Shown one piece after another: positions 21,513-31,420 of a stretch of DNA of 64,000 nt; position 1 is the first letter of the stretch, and each line of letters begins with the position of its first letter. This DNA is from Vicinamibacterales bacterium (GTDB lineage: Bacteria; Acidobacteriota; Vicinamibacteria; Vicinamibacterales; UBA8438), in the NCBI GenBank assembly GCA_965207265.1, contig OZ242279.1, positions 4,049,691 to 4,113,690 on the forward strand. The letters run 5' to 3'. Both the position numbers and the translations under genes were made by a program. The notes under the pieces were generated by a model. The model did not search any database. It was not told the DNA's origin and saw only the letters and a program-made list of their open reading frames with translations.

Positions 21513-22418
21513 TCAGCGTTCGCCCCATTTCAGCTTTTCCCGCAGCACCGCGAAATAGTCGCGCGACTCGGCGCGCACCAGTCGCAAGGGGGGGGAAGAC
21601 CGCTCCACAATGACCGCGTCCCCGTCCTCGAGGGCCACGCTGAGCTGGCCGTCGAAGTTGGCGAAGGCGTCGAAGTGCGCTCCGGACAGACGCGGTTGCA
21701 GCGTCACCGGTTCCCGGCCCGGGATGACCACCGGCCGGTTGGTGAGCGTATGGGGAGCGATGGGGGTCACCGTGAGGGCATCGACGGTCGGGTGCACGAT
21801 CGGGCCGCCGGCGGCCAGGTTGTAGCCCGTGGATCCGGTCGGCGTCGCCACGATCACGCCGTCGGCGCGGCAACTCGTGACGAGCCGGTCGCGCAGGGTG
21901 ATCGACACGTCGATGATGCCCGAATCGGCCGATCTGCCGAGGACGACGTCGTTCAGCACGGTCCTGTCGGCGATGTCCCGCCCGTTGCGCCGGACCCGGG
22001 CCCGCACCGTGAGCCGCTCGTCCACGCCGGCCGTTCCGGCGAGCACGGAGTCGAGTGCGTCGTACATCTCGGGGCGGGTGATCTCGGTGAGGAAGCCGAG
22101 ACTCCCGCAGTTGACGGCGAGGATCAACGTGTCCGGGGCCAGGCTGGCAACCGGGTGGGCGACGCTCAGCAGGGTCCCGTCGCCGCCGAGCACGAGCAGC
22201 ACGTCCGCGGCCCCCGGCAAATCCGCCCGCGACGCGGTCGGGTGACCGTGCAGGGCGGCGCTGCGCGCGGTCTCGCTCTCGATCACCACCGGCGTGCCGC
22301 GGCCGAGCAGCCAGGCCGTGGCGCCCCGCGCGGCGGCGGTTGCATTGGGGGCGTGCGGCCGCGCCACGATGCCGACCGTGGTGCGGGATCCGCGGTTGCC
22401 GGTGGGCGGGTGCGCCAT
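21513..22418 (-). CDS. nadK: NAD(+) kinase
   Basis: …LVLGGDGTLL…, NCGSLGFLTE and PTGSTGYNLAAGGPIV motifs. The start was moved to Met32 of the listed ORF, giving a TGATG overlap with the tlyA stop. Confidence 0.9.
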   Translation of the reverse strand: MAHPPTGNRGSRTTVGIVARPHAPNATAAARGATAWLLGRGTPVVIESETARSAALHGHPTASRADLPGAADVLLVLGGDGTLLSVAHPVASLAPDTLILAVNCGSLGFLTEITRPEMYDALDSVLAGTAGVDERLTVRARVRRNGRDIADRTVLNDVVLGRSADSGIIDVSITLRDRLVTSCRADGVIVATPTGSTGYNLAAGGPIVHPTVDALTVTPIAPHTLTNRPVVIPGREPVTLQPRLSGAHFDAFANFDGQLSVALEDGDAVIVERSSPPLRLVRAESRDYFAVLREKLKWGER

Positions 22419-23179
22419 CAGGGTGAGGGTGTCTCGCGGCGGCGCAAATGGACGAAGTACTCGCGGTTGCCGGTGACCTCGCGCCGGGGCGCCGGCGTCG
22501 TGGACACGCACGCCAATCCTACCGCATCGGCTGCCGCGACCACCTGCCCGATGACGCGGCGGCGGACGGCGCGATCACGTACGATTCCGCCCTTGCCCAC
22601 CTCGCCCCGCGCCGCTTCGAACTGCGGTTTGACCAGCGCCACCACGTCGCCGTCGTCAGTAACGAGAGCGGGTACGACAGGCAGGACGAGCCGCAGCGAG
22701 ATGAACGAGACGTCGATCGTCACGAAGTCTACCGGCGGCAGTCCGCCGGGCAGCATTCCCCGCGTCAGGTGGCGGGCGTTGATCCCTTCGAGCGGCACGA
22801 CGCGGGGATCCGCCCTGAGTCTCCAGTCGAGTTGGCCCCGCCCGACGTCGAGGGCCACGACCCGTTCGGCGCCGCGCCGCAGCATGGCGTCGGTGAAGCC
22901 GCCGGTCGAGGCGCCGATGTCCAGGACCGTCCGTCCCCGCACCTCGATGCCGAACCGGTCGAGCGCACGGGCCAGCTTGACGCCGCCTCGCCCGACGTAG
23001 GGATGGTCCGGGACGGTCAGCGCAATCCGCGCGTCCAGAGCGACCGCGGTTCCCGCCTTGGTCTGCAGGACGTCGTCCACACGGACCCGTCCGGCCAGAA
23101 TGAGAGCGCGCGCCCGCGCGCGCGTCGCGGCAAGGCCGCGCGCCACGACGAGGGCGTCCAGCCGGTTCCGATCCGCCAT
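22418..23179 (-). CDS. tlyA: TlyA-family 16S/23S rRNA (cytidine-2'-O)-methyltransferase
   Basis: S4-like N-terminus (RLDALVVARGLAATRARA…) followed by the FtsJ-like VLDIGASTGGFTD motif. The start is taken at MADRNRLD (23179). Confidence 0.85.
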   Translation of the reverse strand: MADRNRLDALVVARGLAATRARARALILAGRVRVDDVLQTKAGTAVALDARIALTVPDHPYVGRGGVKLARALDRFGIEVRGRTVLDIGASTGGFTDAMLRRGAERVVALDVGRGQLDWRLRADPRVVPLEGINARHLTRGMLPGGLPPVDFVTIDVSFISLRLVLPVVPALVTDDGDVVALVKPQFEAARGEVGKGGIVRDRAVRRRVIGQVVAAADAVGLACVSTTPAPRREVTGNREYFVHLRRRETPSP

Positions 23180-23198
23180 CGGGGCTCTCCGCGGGTGC

Positions 23199-24140
23199 TC
23201 ACCTGGTGCGTCCAAGCACCCAGTCGGCGATCTCGAACAGGCGTCCACCGATACCGGCGGCCCCCAGCTCCGCTTTCGCATCGGCGATCGAGCGGGCTGC
23301 GAGGCGCCGCGATTCGTTCACCCCGAACAGCGCGGGGTAGGTCGGCTTGCCGGCCTCCGCGTCCTTCCCGGCCGTCTTGCCGATCTGTTCCTGTGCGCCT
23401 TCCACGTCGAGGATGTCGTCCACGATCTGGAATGCCAGGCCAAGATGCGCCGCGTAACGGTCGACGGCGTCGGCGGTCGCATCGGTGGAGCCCCCCATGA
23501 TCGCCCCGGCGACCGCCGCCGCGCGGATGAGCGCGCCGGTCTTGCGCCCGTGCAGCGCCCTTATCCGCGCCTCGTCGAAGGCCCCCGTCGCCCCCGTCGC
23601 CGCGAGGTCGATCACCTGTCCGCCCACCATTCCCTCGGCGCCGGCGGCGGCCGCGATGCGCTCCAGCGTGCGCAGCCGGCGGCCGCGGCGGTCGGGCGTC
23701 TCCGAAGCGGACCCCCGCGCCAGCACCCGGAACGCTTCGGTCAGCAGCGCGTCGCCGGCCAGAATCGCGATGCCTTCGCCGTAGACGACGTGCGCGGTCG
23801 GCTTTCCGCGGCGCAGGGTGTCGTTGTCCATCGCCGGCAGATCGTCGTGCACGAGCGAGTAGGCGTGGATCAACTCGACCGCGCAGGCGGCCGGCAGAGC
23901 CTCCCGATCCTCCCAGGGTCGGTCTCCCGCCACGCTGTCGGCAGCGGCCAGCGTAAGAAGAGGCCGCAGGCGCTTGCCGCCCGCGAACACCGTGTAGCGC
24001 ATCGCGTCCGCGATGAGCGGGGGGCAGGCGGGGGAGGTGGGGAGCAGGCGCTCGAGGGCTGCGTCGACCTCCGCGCGCCGCTCGCGGGCATACTCGTCGA
24101 ACGCTGCGCGTTGCGCCGCTGCCTCAGAAGGGGACGTCAT
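23199..24140 (-). CDS. polyprenyl diphosphate synthase (FPP/GGPP synthase, IspA type)
   Basis: First and second Asp-rich motifs are present (HAYSLVHDDLPAMDND and FQIVDDILD). The ATG at 24140 was verified. It overlaps the xseB 3' end by 17 nt. Confidence 0.85.
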   Translation of the reverse strand: MTSPSEAAAQRAAFDEYARERRAEVDAALERLLPTSPACPPLIADAMRYTVFAGGKRLRPLLTLAAADSVAGDRPWEDREALPAACAVELIHAYSLVHDDLPAMDNDTLRRGKPTAHVVYGEGIAILAGDALLTEAFRVLARGSASETPDRRGRRLRTLERIAAAAGAEGMVGGQVIDLAATGATGAFDEARIRALHGRKTGALIRAAAVAGAIMGGSTDATADAVDRYAAHLGLAFQIVDDILDVEGAQEQIGKTAGKDAEAGKPTYPALFGVNESRRLAARSIADAKAELGAAGIGGRLFEIADWVLGRTR

Positions 24141-24426
24141 CGTCGCTCGGCCCATTGTCCGCGCCAGGTTCTCCCGCGCCGCGGTCCGCAATGGGAGCGC
24201 CCGCGATCGACGCCGGCGCGGGGTGGGTGTCTCCCTGTTCCGTGAGCAGCTCGATCCGGCGTTCGGCGTCGTCGAGGCGCGTGTGGCAGAAGCGCGACAA
24301 CGCGATGCCCCGCTCGAAACGCTCGAGCGAGTGCTCCAGCGGAAGCTGCCCTTCCTCGAGCGTCTTGACGATGGTCTCGAGCTCGGCGAGCGCGGATTCG
24401 AAGTCCTTGATGTTCGGGTCGTCCAT
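24124..24426 (-). CDS. xseB: exodeoxyribonuclease VII small subunit
   Basis: FESALAELETIVKTLEEGQLPLEHSLERFERGIAL… is the canonical XseB sequence. Confidence 0.9.
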   Translation of the reverse strand: MDDPNIKDFESALAELETIVKTLEEGQLPLEHSLERFERGIALSRFCHTRLDDAERRIELLTEQGDTHPAPASIAGAPIADRGAGEPGADNGPSDDDVPF

Positions 24427-24463
24427 TGTCTCGCGCTCCTTCGCCGTGCCGGCGCGACCTTGC

Positions 24464-24513
24464 GGTCGCGTTGGGAGTTCGCCGGTGCGAAGCGCCTGCG
24501 GCGCAGACTCCTA
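24464..24513 (+). repeat. degenerate R1-type hairpin at the xseA 3' end
   Basis: …GGAGTTCGCCG…CGGCGCAGACTCCTAT. The CTA at 24511-13 is the TAG stop of xseA. The left part matches 442-466. Confidence 0.55.
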
Positions 24514-25956
24514 TTCCCGAGAGGTGACCTCGCAGCGCAACGCGCCCTCGTGCAGCGTGATGCGCACCGGATCGCCGACCGCGACCTCCGCCGCGCGGCG
24601 CACGATGGCCGTCCGATCCTCGTTCCAGCACACTGCGTACCCCCGCGCGAGGACACCGAGCGGGCTGAGCGAGTCGAGCTTCGCAAGGGTCGTCTCGAGT
24701 TCCCGCCGGCCGGTCGCGTGACGGTCGCGCACGGTGCGCGCCAGTTGCTCGCGGCCGGCCGCCAGCCGGCGGCGGCGAGCCGCGTGGCCGTCCCGGGCGG
24801 CGCGCGCCAGACGTTCGCGCGCGACGGCCAGACGAGTCCGGATGTGGGCCAGCCGGCGGCCGACGTCGAGCGCTTCGAGACGCGTGAGCAGCGCGGCCCG
24901 GCGGCGTTCGCGCCGTGCGACGCCGGCCCGCGCGCGCTCGACGAGCCGGCGGGTCAGCTCGTCCGCCCGGCGGCCGTGCAGTGCGAGCCGGGTCGGAAAC
25001 GAGGCCAGTCCCGGCCGGTGCCGCATTGCCTCCACGTTCGCCCGCCGCCGCTCGAGGGCGGTGCGCGCGGCCGCGACCAGACGCCCGCCGGCCCGTTCGA
25101 GGCGCGCCTCCAGCTCGGTCTTGCGGGTCACGACGAGCTCCGCCGCCGCGGACGGCGTCGGCGCGCGCAGGTCGGCGACGAAATCGCTGATCGTGTAGTC
25201 GGTCTGATGCCCCACCGCCGAGATCACCGGAACGCCGAGGGAGGCTATGGTCCTGGCCAGCCCTTCGTCGTTGAATTCCCAGAGGTCTTCCAGCGATCCG
25301 CCGCCGCGCGCCAGGATGACCACCTCGACGCCGCCGACGCGTGCGAGGCGCACGAGCGCGCCGGTGATCTCCCGGGCGGCCCCGTCGCCCTGCACGCGGG
25401 TCGGGCCGATGACGAGATGTGCGTTCGGGAAGCGGCGGCCGAGGACGTTCAGGACGTCGCGCAGCGCGGCCCCGTCCAGTGAGGTGACGATGCCGATCTT
25501 GCGCGGCAGCGTCGGCAGCGGGCGCTTGCGCGCTTCGTCGAACAGCCCTTCCCGTTCCAGGCGCTGGCGGAGCTGGTCGAAAGCCAACTGACGGGCGCCG
25601 AGGCCGAACGGCTCCAGGTGCTCCGCCACGAGCTGGTACTCGCCCTTCGGCTCGTACACGCTGATCCGCCCCCGTGCGACGACCCGCAGTCCGTCGGCCG
25701 GTTCGAATCGCAGATAGCGGAACGCCGACCGGAACATCACGCCGCGAATCTGCGCGGCGCCGCCCTTGAGGGTGAAGTAGAGGTGGCCGGTGTTCCAGCG
25801 GCGGCAGTTCGACAGCTCGCCCTCGACCCAGACTGCGGGGTAGGCCGACTCCAACCGCAACCGGATGCGGGCCGTCAGCTCCGCGACGGTGAGCACCTGG
25901 CGTCCCGGTCGTGTCCGCGGCGCGGGCGCCGCTTCGCCGAATGGCAGCCTCGTCAC
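24511..25956 (-). CDS. xseA: exodeoxyribonuclease VII large subunit
   Basis: The last 481 codons of listed ORF 24511..27180 match XseA: OB fold (VWVEGELSN…GHLYFTLKG), …ARGGGSLEDLW.FN…, and a long coiled-coil tail. The GTG at 25956 forms a GTGA overlap with the upstream gene. Confidence 0.9.
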   Translation of the reverse strand: MTRLPFGEAAPAPRTRPGRQVLTVAELTARIRLRLESAYPAVWVEGELSNCRRWNTGHLYFTLKGGAAQIRGVMFRSAFRYLRFEPADGLRVVARGRISVYEPKGEYQLVAEHLEPFGLGARQLAFDQLRQRLEREGLFDEARKRPLPTLPRKIGIVTSLDGAALRDVLNVLGRRFPNAHLVIGPTRVQGDGAAREITGALVRLARVGGVEVVILARGGGSLEDLWEFNDEGLARTIASLGVPVISAVGHQTDYTISDFVADLRAPTPSAAAELVVTRKTELEARLERAGGRLVAAARTALERRRANVEAMRHRPGLASFPTRLALHGRRADELTRRLVERARAGVARRERRRAALLTRLEALDVGRRLAHIRTRLAVARERLARAARDGHAARRRRLAAGREQLARTVRDRHATGRRELETTLAKLDSLSPLGVLARGYAVCWNEDRTAIVRRAAEVAVGDPVRITLHEGALRCEVTSRE

Positions 25957-26786
25957 GGTTCTGTCCGCCGGTCGAGCGCGTCTACGTCGTCCGCGGAAAG
26001 GTCCACGCGCTCGATCGTTCGCGCGCGGCCGGTCTCCGGGTCCGCGGTCACCACGATCGCGTTGATCCGCGGGTTGCGTGTCGCCGTGTCGAACTTCGCC
26101 GGCATGCCGTCCAGAAAGCGCTTCAGCACGGGCTGAGGGTCCACGCCGATGATCGAGTCGTGGGGACCGGTCATCCCGACGTCGGTGATGTATGCGGTGC
26201 CGTTGGGCAGGATGCGCTCGTCGGCGGTCTGCACGTGGGTGTGCGTGCCGGCCACCGCGGTCACCTCTCCGTCGAGGTGCCAGCCCATCGCCTTCTTTTC
26301 CGAGGTCGCCTCGGCGTGGAAATCCACGAACACGATGCGCGCCCCGTGTTCGGCCCGGACCGCGGCGACCTGCTCGCGAACCACGCGGAACGGATTGTCG
26401 AGCGGATTCATGAAGATGCGCCCCATCACGTTCACGATGCCGACCGGCACGCCGTCCCTTGTCCGCGCGCCGTAGTGCCCGCGGCCCGGCACGCCGGCGG
26501 GATAGTTGCCCGGCCGCAGGAGTCGCGGCTGGCTCTCGATGTACGCGAGCGCCTCCTTCTTGTCCCAGACGTGGTTGCCCGTCGTCATCACCTGGACACC
26601 GTGATCGAGCAGCGTCTCCCCGATGTCGCGGGTGATGCCGTTGCCGCCGGCCGCGTTCTCTACGTTGGCGATCACCAGGTCGACGCCGTGGCGGGCCACG
26701 AGCCGGGGGAGGGCCAGCCGGGTGATAGTGCGTCCCGGCTTGCCGACGATGTCGCCGACGAAAAGGAGCGTGACGGTTGCGGGCAT
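25953..26786 (-). CDS. YmdB-family metallophosphoesterase (TIGR00282-type)
   Basis: LLFVGDIVGKPGR…NVENAAGGNGIT…TTGNHVWD…DFHAEATSEK…GTHTHVQTADERIL. The ATG at 26786 was verified. Confidence 0.85.
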   Translation of the reverse strand: MPATVTLLFVGDIVGKPGRTITRLALPRLVARHGVDLVIANVENAAGGNGITRDIGETLLDHGVQVMTTGNHVWDKKEALAYIESQPRLLRPGNYPAGVPGRGHYGARTRDGVPVGIVNVMGRIFMNPLDNPFRVVREQVAAVRAEHGARIVFVDFHAEATSEKKAMGWHLDGEVTAVAGTHTHVQTADERILPNGTAYITDVGMTGPHDSIIGVDPQPVLKRFLDGMPAKFDTATRNPRINAIVVTADPETGRARTIERVDLSADDVDALDRRTEP

Positions 26787-26910
26787 CCGCTGGAATGATC
26801 GCACAGGTGGTTGCCGGCCTGCGAAGCGCCCGGCCGCGACGCGGCAGTCGAGACCGGCCGTGGCCCGGCGGATGTCGACCCGGCGCCGGATCTTCGCGTA
26901 TCCTAGTGGA

Positions 26911-27219
26911 ATGGACGACGAGACTGAGGTTTCCGAGGCTGCCACGGCGCCGGCGCAGGCTGCGGAAGACGGTGCCGAAGCCGCGCGCGAGCCGGCGCCG
27001 CCCATCGAAAGCCGTTTTCTGTATGTCGACGTGGCGGCGCAGCGCGCGAAGCAGTTGCGCCGCGGCGCTCTGCCGCGGCTCGAGGAGTTGGCCGGCGATG
27101 CGGAGGCGGACACTCCGGTGAAGCTGCGTCACAAGCTCGAGCGCATCGCCATGCGCGAAGTGGACCGCCGCAAGATTCATTACGACGTGCCGGACCCGGC
27201 GCCGGCGTCGGGGGAGTGA
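26911..27219 (+). CDS. rpoZ: DNA-directed RNA polymerase subunit omega
   Basis: 102 aa. ESRFLYVDVAAQRAKQLRRGA… matches the omega signature (NRF.LV..AakRArQL). The listed ORF start at 26623 lies antisense within the ymdB-like gene, so the start is taken at the ATG at 26911. Confidence 0.7.
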   Translation: MDDETEVSEAATAPAQAAEDGAEAAREPAPPIESRFLYVDVAAQRAKQLRRGALPRLEELAGDAEADTPVKLRHKLERIAMREVDRRKIHYDVPDPAPASGE

Positions 27220-27530
27220 TCGTGGCTCCAGATCAGTCGATCATCGGCGGGGCCGTGCAGACTCTTATGGGGCTGGCCGTCTCCACCGGATTTCTGCTCG
27301 CGCTGTTCATCGGGTTCCTGGTAATCGCGGGCTTCACCAAGTTCCGGAAGACCGGACGCGGATCGCTGGTGGTCCGCAATCTGGCGGATCAGATGGACGG
27401 TGCGCGGGTCCGGTACATCCCGCCGGATGCGCCCAGCGGGCCGGCGGACCAGTTGCGCACGCCCGAGCTCCTCGAACAGGCGGGCGGAACGGCCGCCGAC
27501 ACCGGAGCTTCTCAGGCCGGACCTTCCTGA
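27216..27530 (+). CDS. small hypothetical membrane protein
   Basis: One clear TM helix ([24 protein letters not shown]). The start overlaps the rpoZ stop. The 3' end overlaps convergent gatA by 19 nt. Weak call. Confidence 0.4.
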   Translation: MIVAPDQSIIGGAVQTLMGLAVSTGFLLALFIGFLVIAGFTKFRKTGRGSLVVRNLADQMDGARVRYIPPDAPSGPADQLRTPELLEQAGGTAADTGASQAGPS

Positions 27531-29014
27531 ACGCGTTCGTACGCGTGCGCCAGTCGCAGGAGCGTCGCTTCGCCGAAGGCGCGCCCGACCAGTTGCAGGC
27601 CGATCGGCAGGCGGGCCGCCGTGAAGCCGGCCGGCACGCTGATCGCCGGCAGGCCGGTCAGGTTGGCGCTGACGGTGAACACGTCTCCCAGGTACATCGC
27701 CAGCGGATCCTGCAGGTGCTCGCCGAGCCGGAACGCGGGTGCGGGCGTCGTCGGCATCGCGATGACGTCCACGCCGGGCCCGGCGGCGTCGAATGCGCGA
27801 TCGTAGTCGCGTCGAATCAGGCTTCGTACGCGCTGGGCCCGGCGGTAGTACGCGTCGTAGTAGCCGGCACTCAGCGCATAGGTCCCGAGCATGATCCGGC
27901 GCTTCACTTCCGCCCCGAAGCCGGCGTCGCGCGTCCGGTCGTACATCGCGGCGAGCGGTGAGCCTGCGCCGTCTCCGCCCTCGGCCGCCGCCGCGGCGCG
28001 GGCGCCATAGCGGACCCCGTCGTAGCGGGCGAGGTTGGAGCTGGCCTCCGCCGGGGCGACCAGATAGTAGACGGGCACCGCGTGCTCCGCGTGCGGCAGC
28101 TCGACGTCGACCACCGAGGCGCCTGCCGCCGCGAGCGCGACGAGGGCCTTGTCGAAGGCCGCCAGCACCTCGCTGTCGATGCCCGCGTCGCCGTACCCCA
28201 GCAGCGCGCGCGGTACGCCGACCCGCAGTCCTGCCGCGTCTCCGGGGAGCGCCGCCGTGTAGTCGTCGACGGGCGCGTCCACCGACGTCGCGTCGTGCGG
28301 ATCGTGCCCCGCCAGCACTCCCAGGACGAGCGCCGTGTCGGCCACCGTCCGCGCCAGGGGACCGATCTGGTCGAGCGATGAGGCGAAGGCCAGCAGTCCG
28401 TAGCGGGAGACGCGGCCGTAGGTCGGTTTCAGCCCGGCGATTCCGCAGAACGCCGCCGGCTGGCGGATGGAGCCGCCCGTATCCGATCCGATGGCGACCG
28501 GCGCGAGCCCGGCCGCCACCGCGGCGGCGGCGCCGCCGCTCGATCCGCCCGGCGTGCGTTCGGGGTCCCACGGGTTCCGGCTCGGTCCGTAGGCGGAGTG
28601 CTCGGTCGACGACCCCATCGCGAACTCGTCGCAGTTGGTCTTGCCGACGACGATCGCGCCCGCTTCCCGCAGGCGGGCGGCCACCGTGGCGTCGTACGGC
28701 GGTCGAAAGCCGGCCAGGATTCGCGACGCCGCGGTCGTCGGCTGTCCCCGCGTGCAGATGACGTCCTTGACGGTGATCGGCACGCCGAGCAAGGGCCGGT
28801 CGCGCCACTCGTTCCGGTGCCGATCTACCTCCGCGGCCCGCGCCAGCGCCTCGTCCCGGAACACCGCGGTGAACGCGTTCCAGCGCCCGTCGTCCTCCGC
28901 GATGCGTTCCAGGTAGTGCCTGCAGACCTCGACCGCCGACCGGTGGCCGGACCGTACGGCGTCGCGAATGGAGCTGGCGGTCTCCGCGTCCGCCGGCCGC
29001 GCCGCGCCCGCCAT
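27512..29014 (-). CDS. gatA: Asp-tRNA(Asn)/Glu-tRNA(Gln) amidotransferase subunit A
   Basis: Amidase signature …[14 protein letters not shown]…[16 protein letters not shown]…. Confidence 0.95.
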   Translation of the reverse strand: MAGAARPADAETASSIRDAVRSGHRSAVEVCRHYLERIAEDDGRWNAFTAVFRDEALARAAEVDRHRNEWRDRPLLGVPITVKDVICTRGQPTTAASRILAGFRPPYDATVAARLREAGAIVVGKTNCDEFAMGSSTEHSAYGPSRNPWDPERTPGGSSGGAAAAVAAGLAPVAIGSDTGGSIRQPAAFCGIAGLKPTYGRVSRYGLLAFASSLDQIGPLARTVADTALVLGVLAGHDPHDATSVDAPVDDYTAALPGDAAGLRVGVPRALLGYGDAGIDSEVLAAFDKALVALAAAGASVVDVELPHAEHAVPVYYLVAPAEASSNLARYDGVRYGARAAAAAEGGDGAGSPLAAMYDRTRDAGFGAEVKRRIMLGTYALSAGYYDAYYRRAQRVRSLIRRDYDRAFDAAGPGVDVIAMPTTPAPAFRLGEHLQDPLAMYLGDVFTVSANLTGLPAISVPAGFTAARLPIGLQLVGRAFGEATLLRLAHAYERVQEGPA

Positions 29015-29328
29015 CAGCCCAGCACTCGCGGCACGCGGAAAAAGCCGCCCGTCTCCGAGGTGCGGTCCGCGACGCCGTCCGGCGCGTTGGCCAGCGTCTG
29101 GTCGCGGGCGAGCGACGGCCGCACGGAGTCCGGGCGCCGCGGGCAGTCGGCGCCGCCGGGGTGCCAGGACTCGTCGGCGCCGCTCACGTCGACCTCCTGC
29201 AGCCGTTCGGCGTACTCGAGGATGTCGGCGAGCTGCGGAGTGAACAGATCGACTTCTTCGGGGGTGAGATCCAGGTGCGCCAGCGCGGCGATCCGCTCGA
29301 CGTCGGCGCGGGTGAGACGGTCGGGCAT
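29014..29328 (-). CDS. gatC: Asp-tRNA(Asn)/Glu-tRNA(Gln) amidotransferase subunit C
   Basis: [47 protein letters not shown]. The ATG at 29328 was verified. Confidence 0.85.
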   Translation of the reverse strand: MPDRLTRADVERIAALAHLDLTPEEVDLFTPQLADILEYAERLQEVDVSGADESWHPGGADCPRRPDSVRPSLARDQTLANAPDGVADRTSETGGFFRVPRVLG

Positions 29329-29446
29329 GGGCACGACCCTAACACAGCCTGCGAACGGCTCGGGCGCTCGGGCGTGGCGTCGGAGTCGGCGAAACATTCC
29401 GCACGGCGCCGGGGCGCGCCTGGCGCCGGCGTGCGATCATGGGCGG

Positions 29447-30334
29447 GTGTCAGGTTCGCTCTTCGGCCGGCCGCGCGCCGAGGTCGAGGCCGCCCTTCCG
29501 GATCGCGAGCCGGTCGCTTGCCCGCTGTGCGGTCGTGAGCCCCGGCCGTTCGCCGTCGACTTCCAGGGATTGCACCTCGCGCGCTGCACCGCCTGCGGTC
29601 TGGAGTTCCAGCACCCGCGACCCGTGTTCGAGCAGATCGCCTCCGCCGTCTATACGCCCGAGTACCATCCCGAAGGGCACGAAATCGTCGACGGCGGCCG
29701 GGAGCGGACCTTCGCGAGACAGTTGGAGCGGGTCGAGCGGTACGTCCACCGCCGCCCCGCCGCCCTGCTCGACGTCGGGTGCGGGGCCGGCGCGTTTCTG
29801 GGCTACGCCCGATCCCGCGGCTGGACCGTGGGCGGCACCGACATCAACGTCACGCAAGACGCGCGACGACACGATGCTCGACTGTGGGAGGGACAGTTGC
29901 CGGAGATCCGCTTCGACGGCGCGCGGTTCCACGCTGTTCGCCTCAACCAGGTGCTCGAGCACACCCCGGACCCGTTGCGGGAGCTGCGGCAGGCGCGGCG
30001 TCTGGTCGCCGGAGACGGCGTTCTGCTGATCGGCGTGCCGAACCTCGCCGGACTGAGCGTTCGCCTCAAGAGCTGGCAGAGCCGTCTCGGCCTGAAGCGC
30101 CGGCGTTGGAAGCACTACGGCGCACTGCACCATCTCTGGTTCTTCACCCCGGCGACGCTGGCGGCGCTGGTCGAGGCGGCCGGGTTCAGGGTGGTGCACT
30201 GGGAGACGCCGGCCGAGGATCGGCCGGGGCGGTCCGGATGGGCGAAGGCGCTGGTGCGGGGTCCGCTCCAGGCCGCGAGACTGGGCGGGATTCTCGATCT
30301 GTACGCACGGCCGGCAGAACCGACGCGGGACTGA
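29447..30334 (+). CDS. class I SAM-dependent methyltransferase with N-terminal Cys4 zinc ribbon
   Basis: CPLCG…CTACG is followed by LLDVGCGAGAFL (motif I) and …LNQVLEHTPDPLRELR…. The GTG at 29447 is in frame with listed ORF 28598..30334, whose upstream part runs antisense to gatA and gatC. Confidence 0.8.
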   Translation: MSGSLFGRPRAEVEAALPDREPVACPLCGREPRPFAVDFQGLHLARCTACGLEFQHPRPVFEQIASAVYTPEYHPEGHEIVDGGRERTFARQLERVERYVHRRPAALLDVGCGAGAFLGYARSRGWTVGGTDINVTQDARRHDARLWEGQLPEIRFDGARFHAVRLNQVLEHTPDPLRELRQARRLVAGDGVLLIGVPNLAGLSVRLKSWQSRLGLKRRRWKHYGALHHLWFFTPATLAALVEAAGFRVVHWETPAEDRPGRSGWAKALVRGPLQAARLGGILDLYARPAEPTRD

Positions 30335-30403
30335 ATCAGGACGTTCGGTCTGGCCGGCGGGCACCCTTCGCGCCAACCTCTGGACGTTCGATTCGGCGTG
30401 CCG

Positions 30404-31306
30404 TCAGTGCGAGCCGTAGTCGAGCTCTCCGGCCTCGACCCGCACCGGCAGCCGGTTCTCGCGCGGCGGCAGCGGGCACGTCGTGTGCGGATTGAAGGCG
30501 CACGGGGGGTTGTAGGCCCGGTTGAAGTCCACCGTCGTCCTGCCGTCGGCATCCGGGGCGTCGGCGTACAGGAAACGCGCGGCGGGGTAGGTCTCGCTGC
30601 CGCTCGTCAGGTCGCGGAAGATGAACCACAGTCGGTCGCCGGAATCGACCGCCGTCATGCGCAACTCCGCGCCGCCCACGGTGAGGGCGACCGAGCCGCT
30701 GGTCCGGAACGTCTCGACGTCGCCGAGGATGTTGGGCAGCCGCATCGTGCGCGGCTCGTCGTGCGGGATGTAGCGCCCGTGCACCCGGAAGGCCTCGTCG
30801 ACCGGGTACCAGCGCAGGCCGGTGAAGCTGCGCCGGACGTCGCTCTCCCGATCCCGCATGCGGATGGCGAGCCGGTCGCCGCTGTAGTGGCCGAACAGCG
30901 ACAGCGGACCGAGGGCGATGGTCGGCCGCTCGCGTCCCTCGTAGGGCCAGAGCTGCGCCGCTTCGACGTCCCGGCCATCGATCCAGAGCGTCTCTCCCCG
31001 CGGCGCCCGCACCGTGATCGTCCCGTCCCGCAGGGTGAACACGCCGGCCTCGGCGGGTCCGGTCCGCAGCAGGATGTCGTTGAGCGGCGACGACCCGAAG
31101 CTGTTGTCCCCCTCGTTGAGGAAGAACAGGCCGGCCACCGTCAGCCAGCCGTCGTCCGCCTTCAGGCGCTGTTCGCGGTCGACGCGCCAGGCCTCGATCT
31201 CCGCCGCGTAGTCCTGTGCGGCCGGCATCCCCGACGCCATCAGCACCGCGAGCGCGCAGAGCGCCGCTCGCCTCCACCGCAGGATTCCGTGTTGCACGGG
31301 CCACAT
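30404..31306 (-). CDS. DUF1684 domain protein (secreted)
   Basis: …DDGWLTVAGLFFL…VDFNRAYNPPCAFNPHTTCPLPPRENRL… is the DUF1684 hallmark. The start is taken at MWPVQ (31306), downstream of the R1 repeat. Confidence 0.8.
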   Translation of the reverse strand: MWPVQHGILRWRRAALCALAVLMASGMPAAQDYAAEIEAWRVDREQRLKADDGWLTVAGLFFLNEGDNSFGSSPLNDILLRTGPAEAGVFTLRDGTITVRAPRGETLWIDGRDVEAAQLWPYEGRERPTIALGPLSLFGHYSGDRLAIRMRDRESDVRRSFTGLRWYPVDEAFRVHGRYIPHDEPRTMRLPNILGDVETFRTSGSVALTVGGAELRMTAVDSGDRLWFIFRDLTSGSETYPAARFLYADAPDADGRTTVDFNRAYNPPCAFNPHTTCPLPPRENRLPVRVEAGELDYGSH

Positions 31307-31331
31307 CCTTTCACGCGCCGTCTCCGGCATC

Positions 31332-31420
31332 CTAGCCCGACAATCGTCGCCTCCGGCTCCGATTGCCGCCCAACCGGGCCTGACTAGGAGTCTACGCCGT
31401 TCTACGGCGCAGACTCCTAG
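31332..31420 (+). repeat. R1 intergenic element, copy D (CTAG-core-CTAG-hairpin-CTAG)
   Basis: This copy is closest to the consensus. It lies in the divergent spacer between the DUF1684 gene and acnA. Confidence 0.9.

Noticed and set aside
15021-31420. Whether the R1 repeats could be a CRISPR array or part of one, given the Cas3-like relic at 41.6 kb.
   Set aside because: The copies are kilobases apart and separated by genes. One copy is inverted, the copies are ~90-120 nt and modular, and there is no regular repeat-spacer periodicity. No CRISPR array was seen anywhere in the window.
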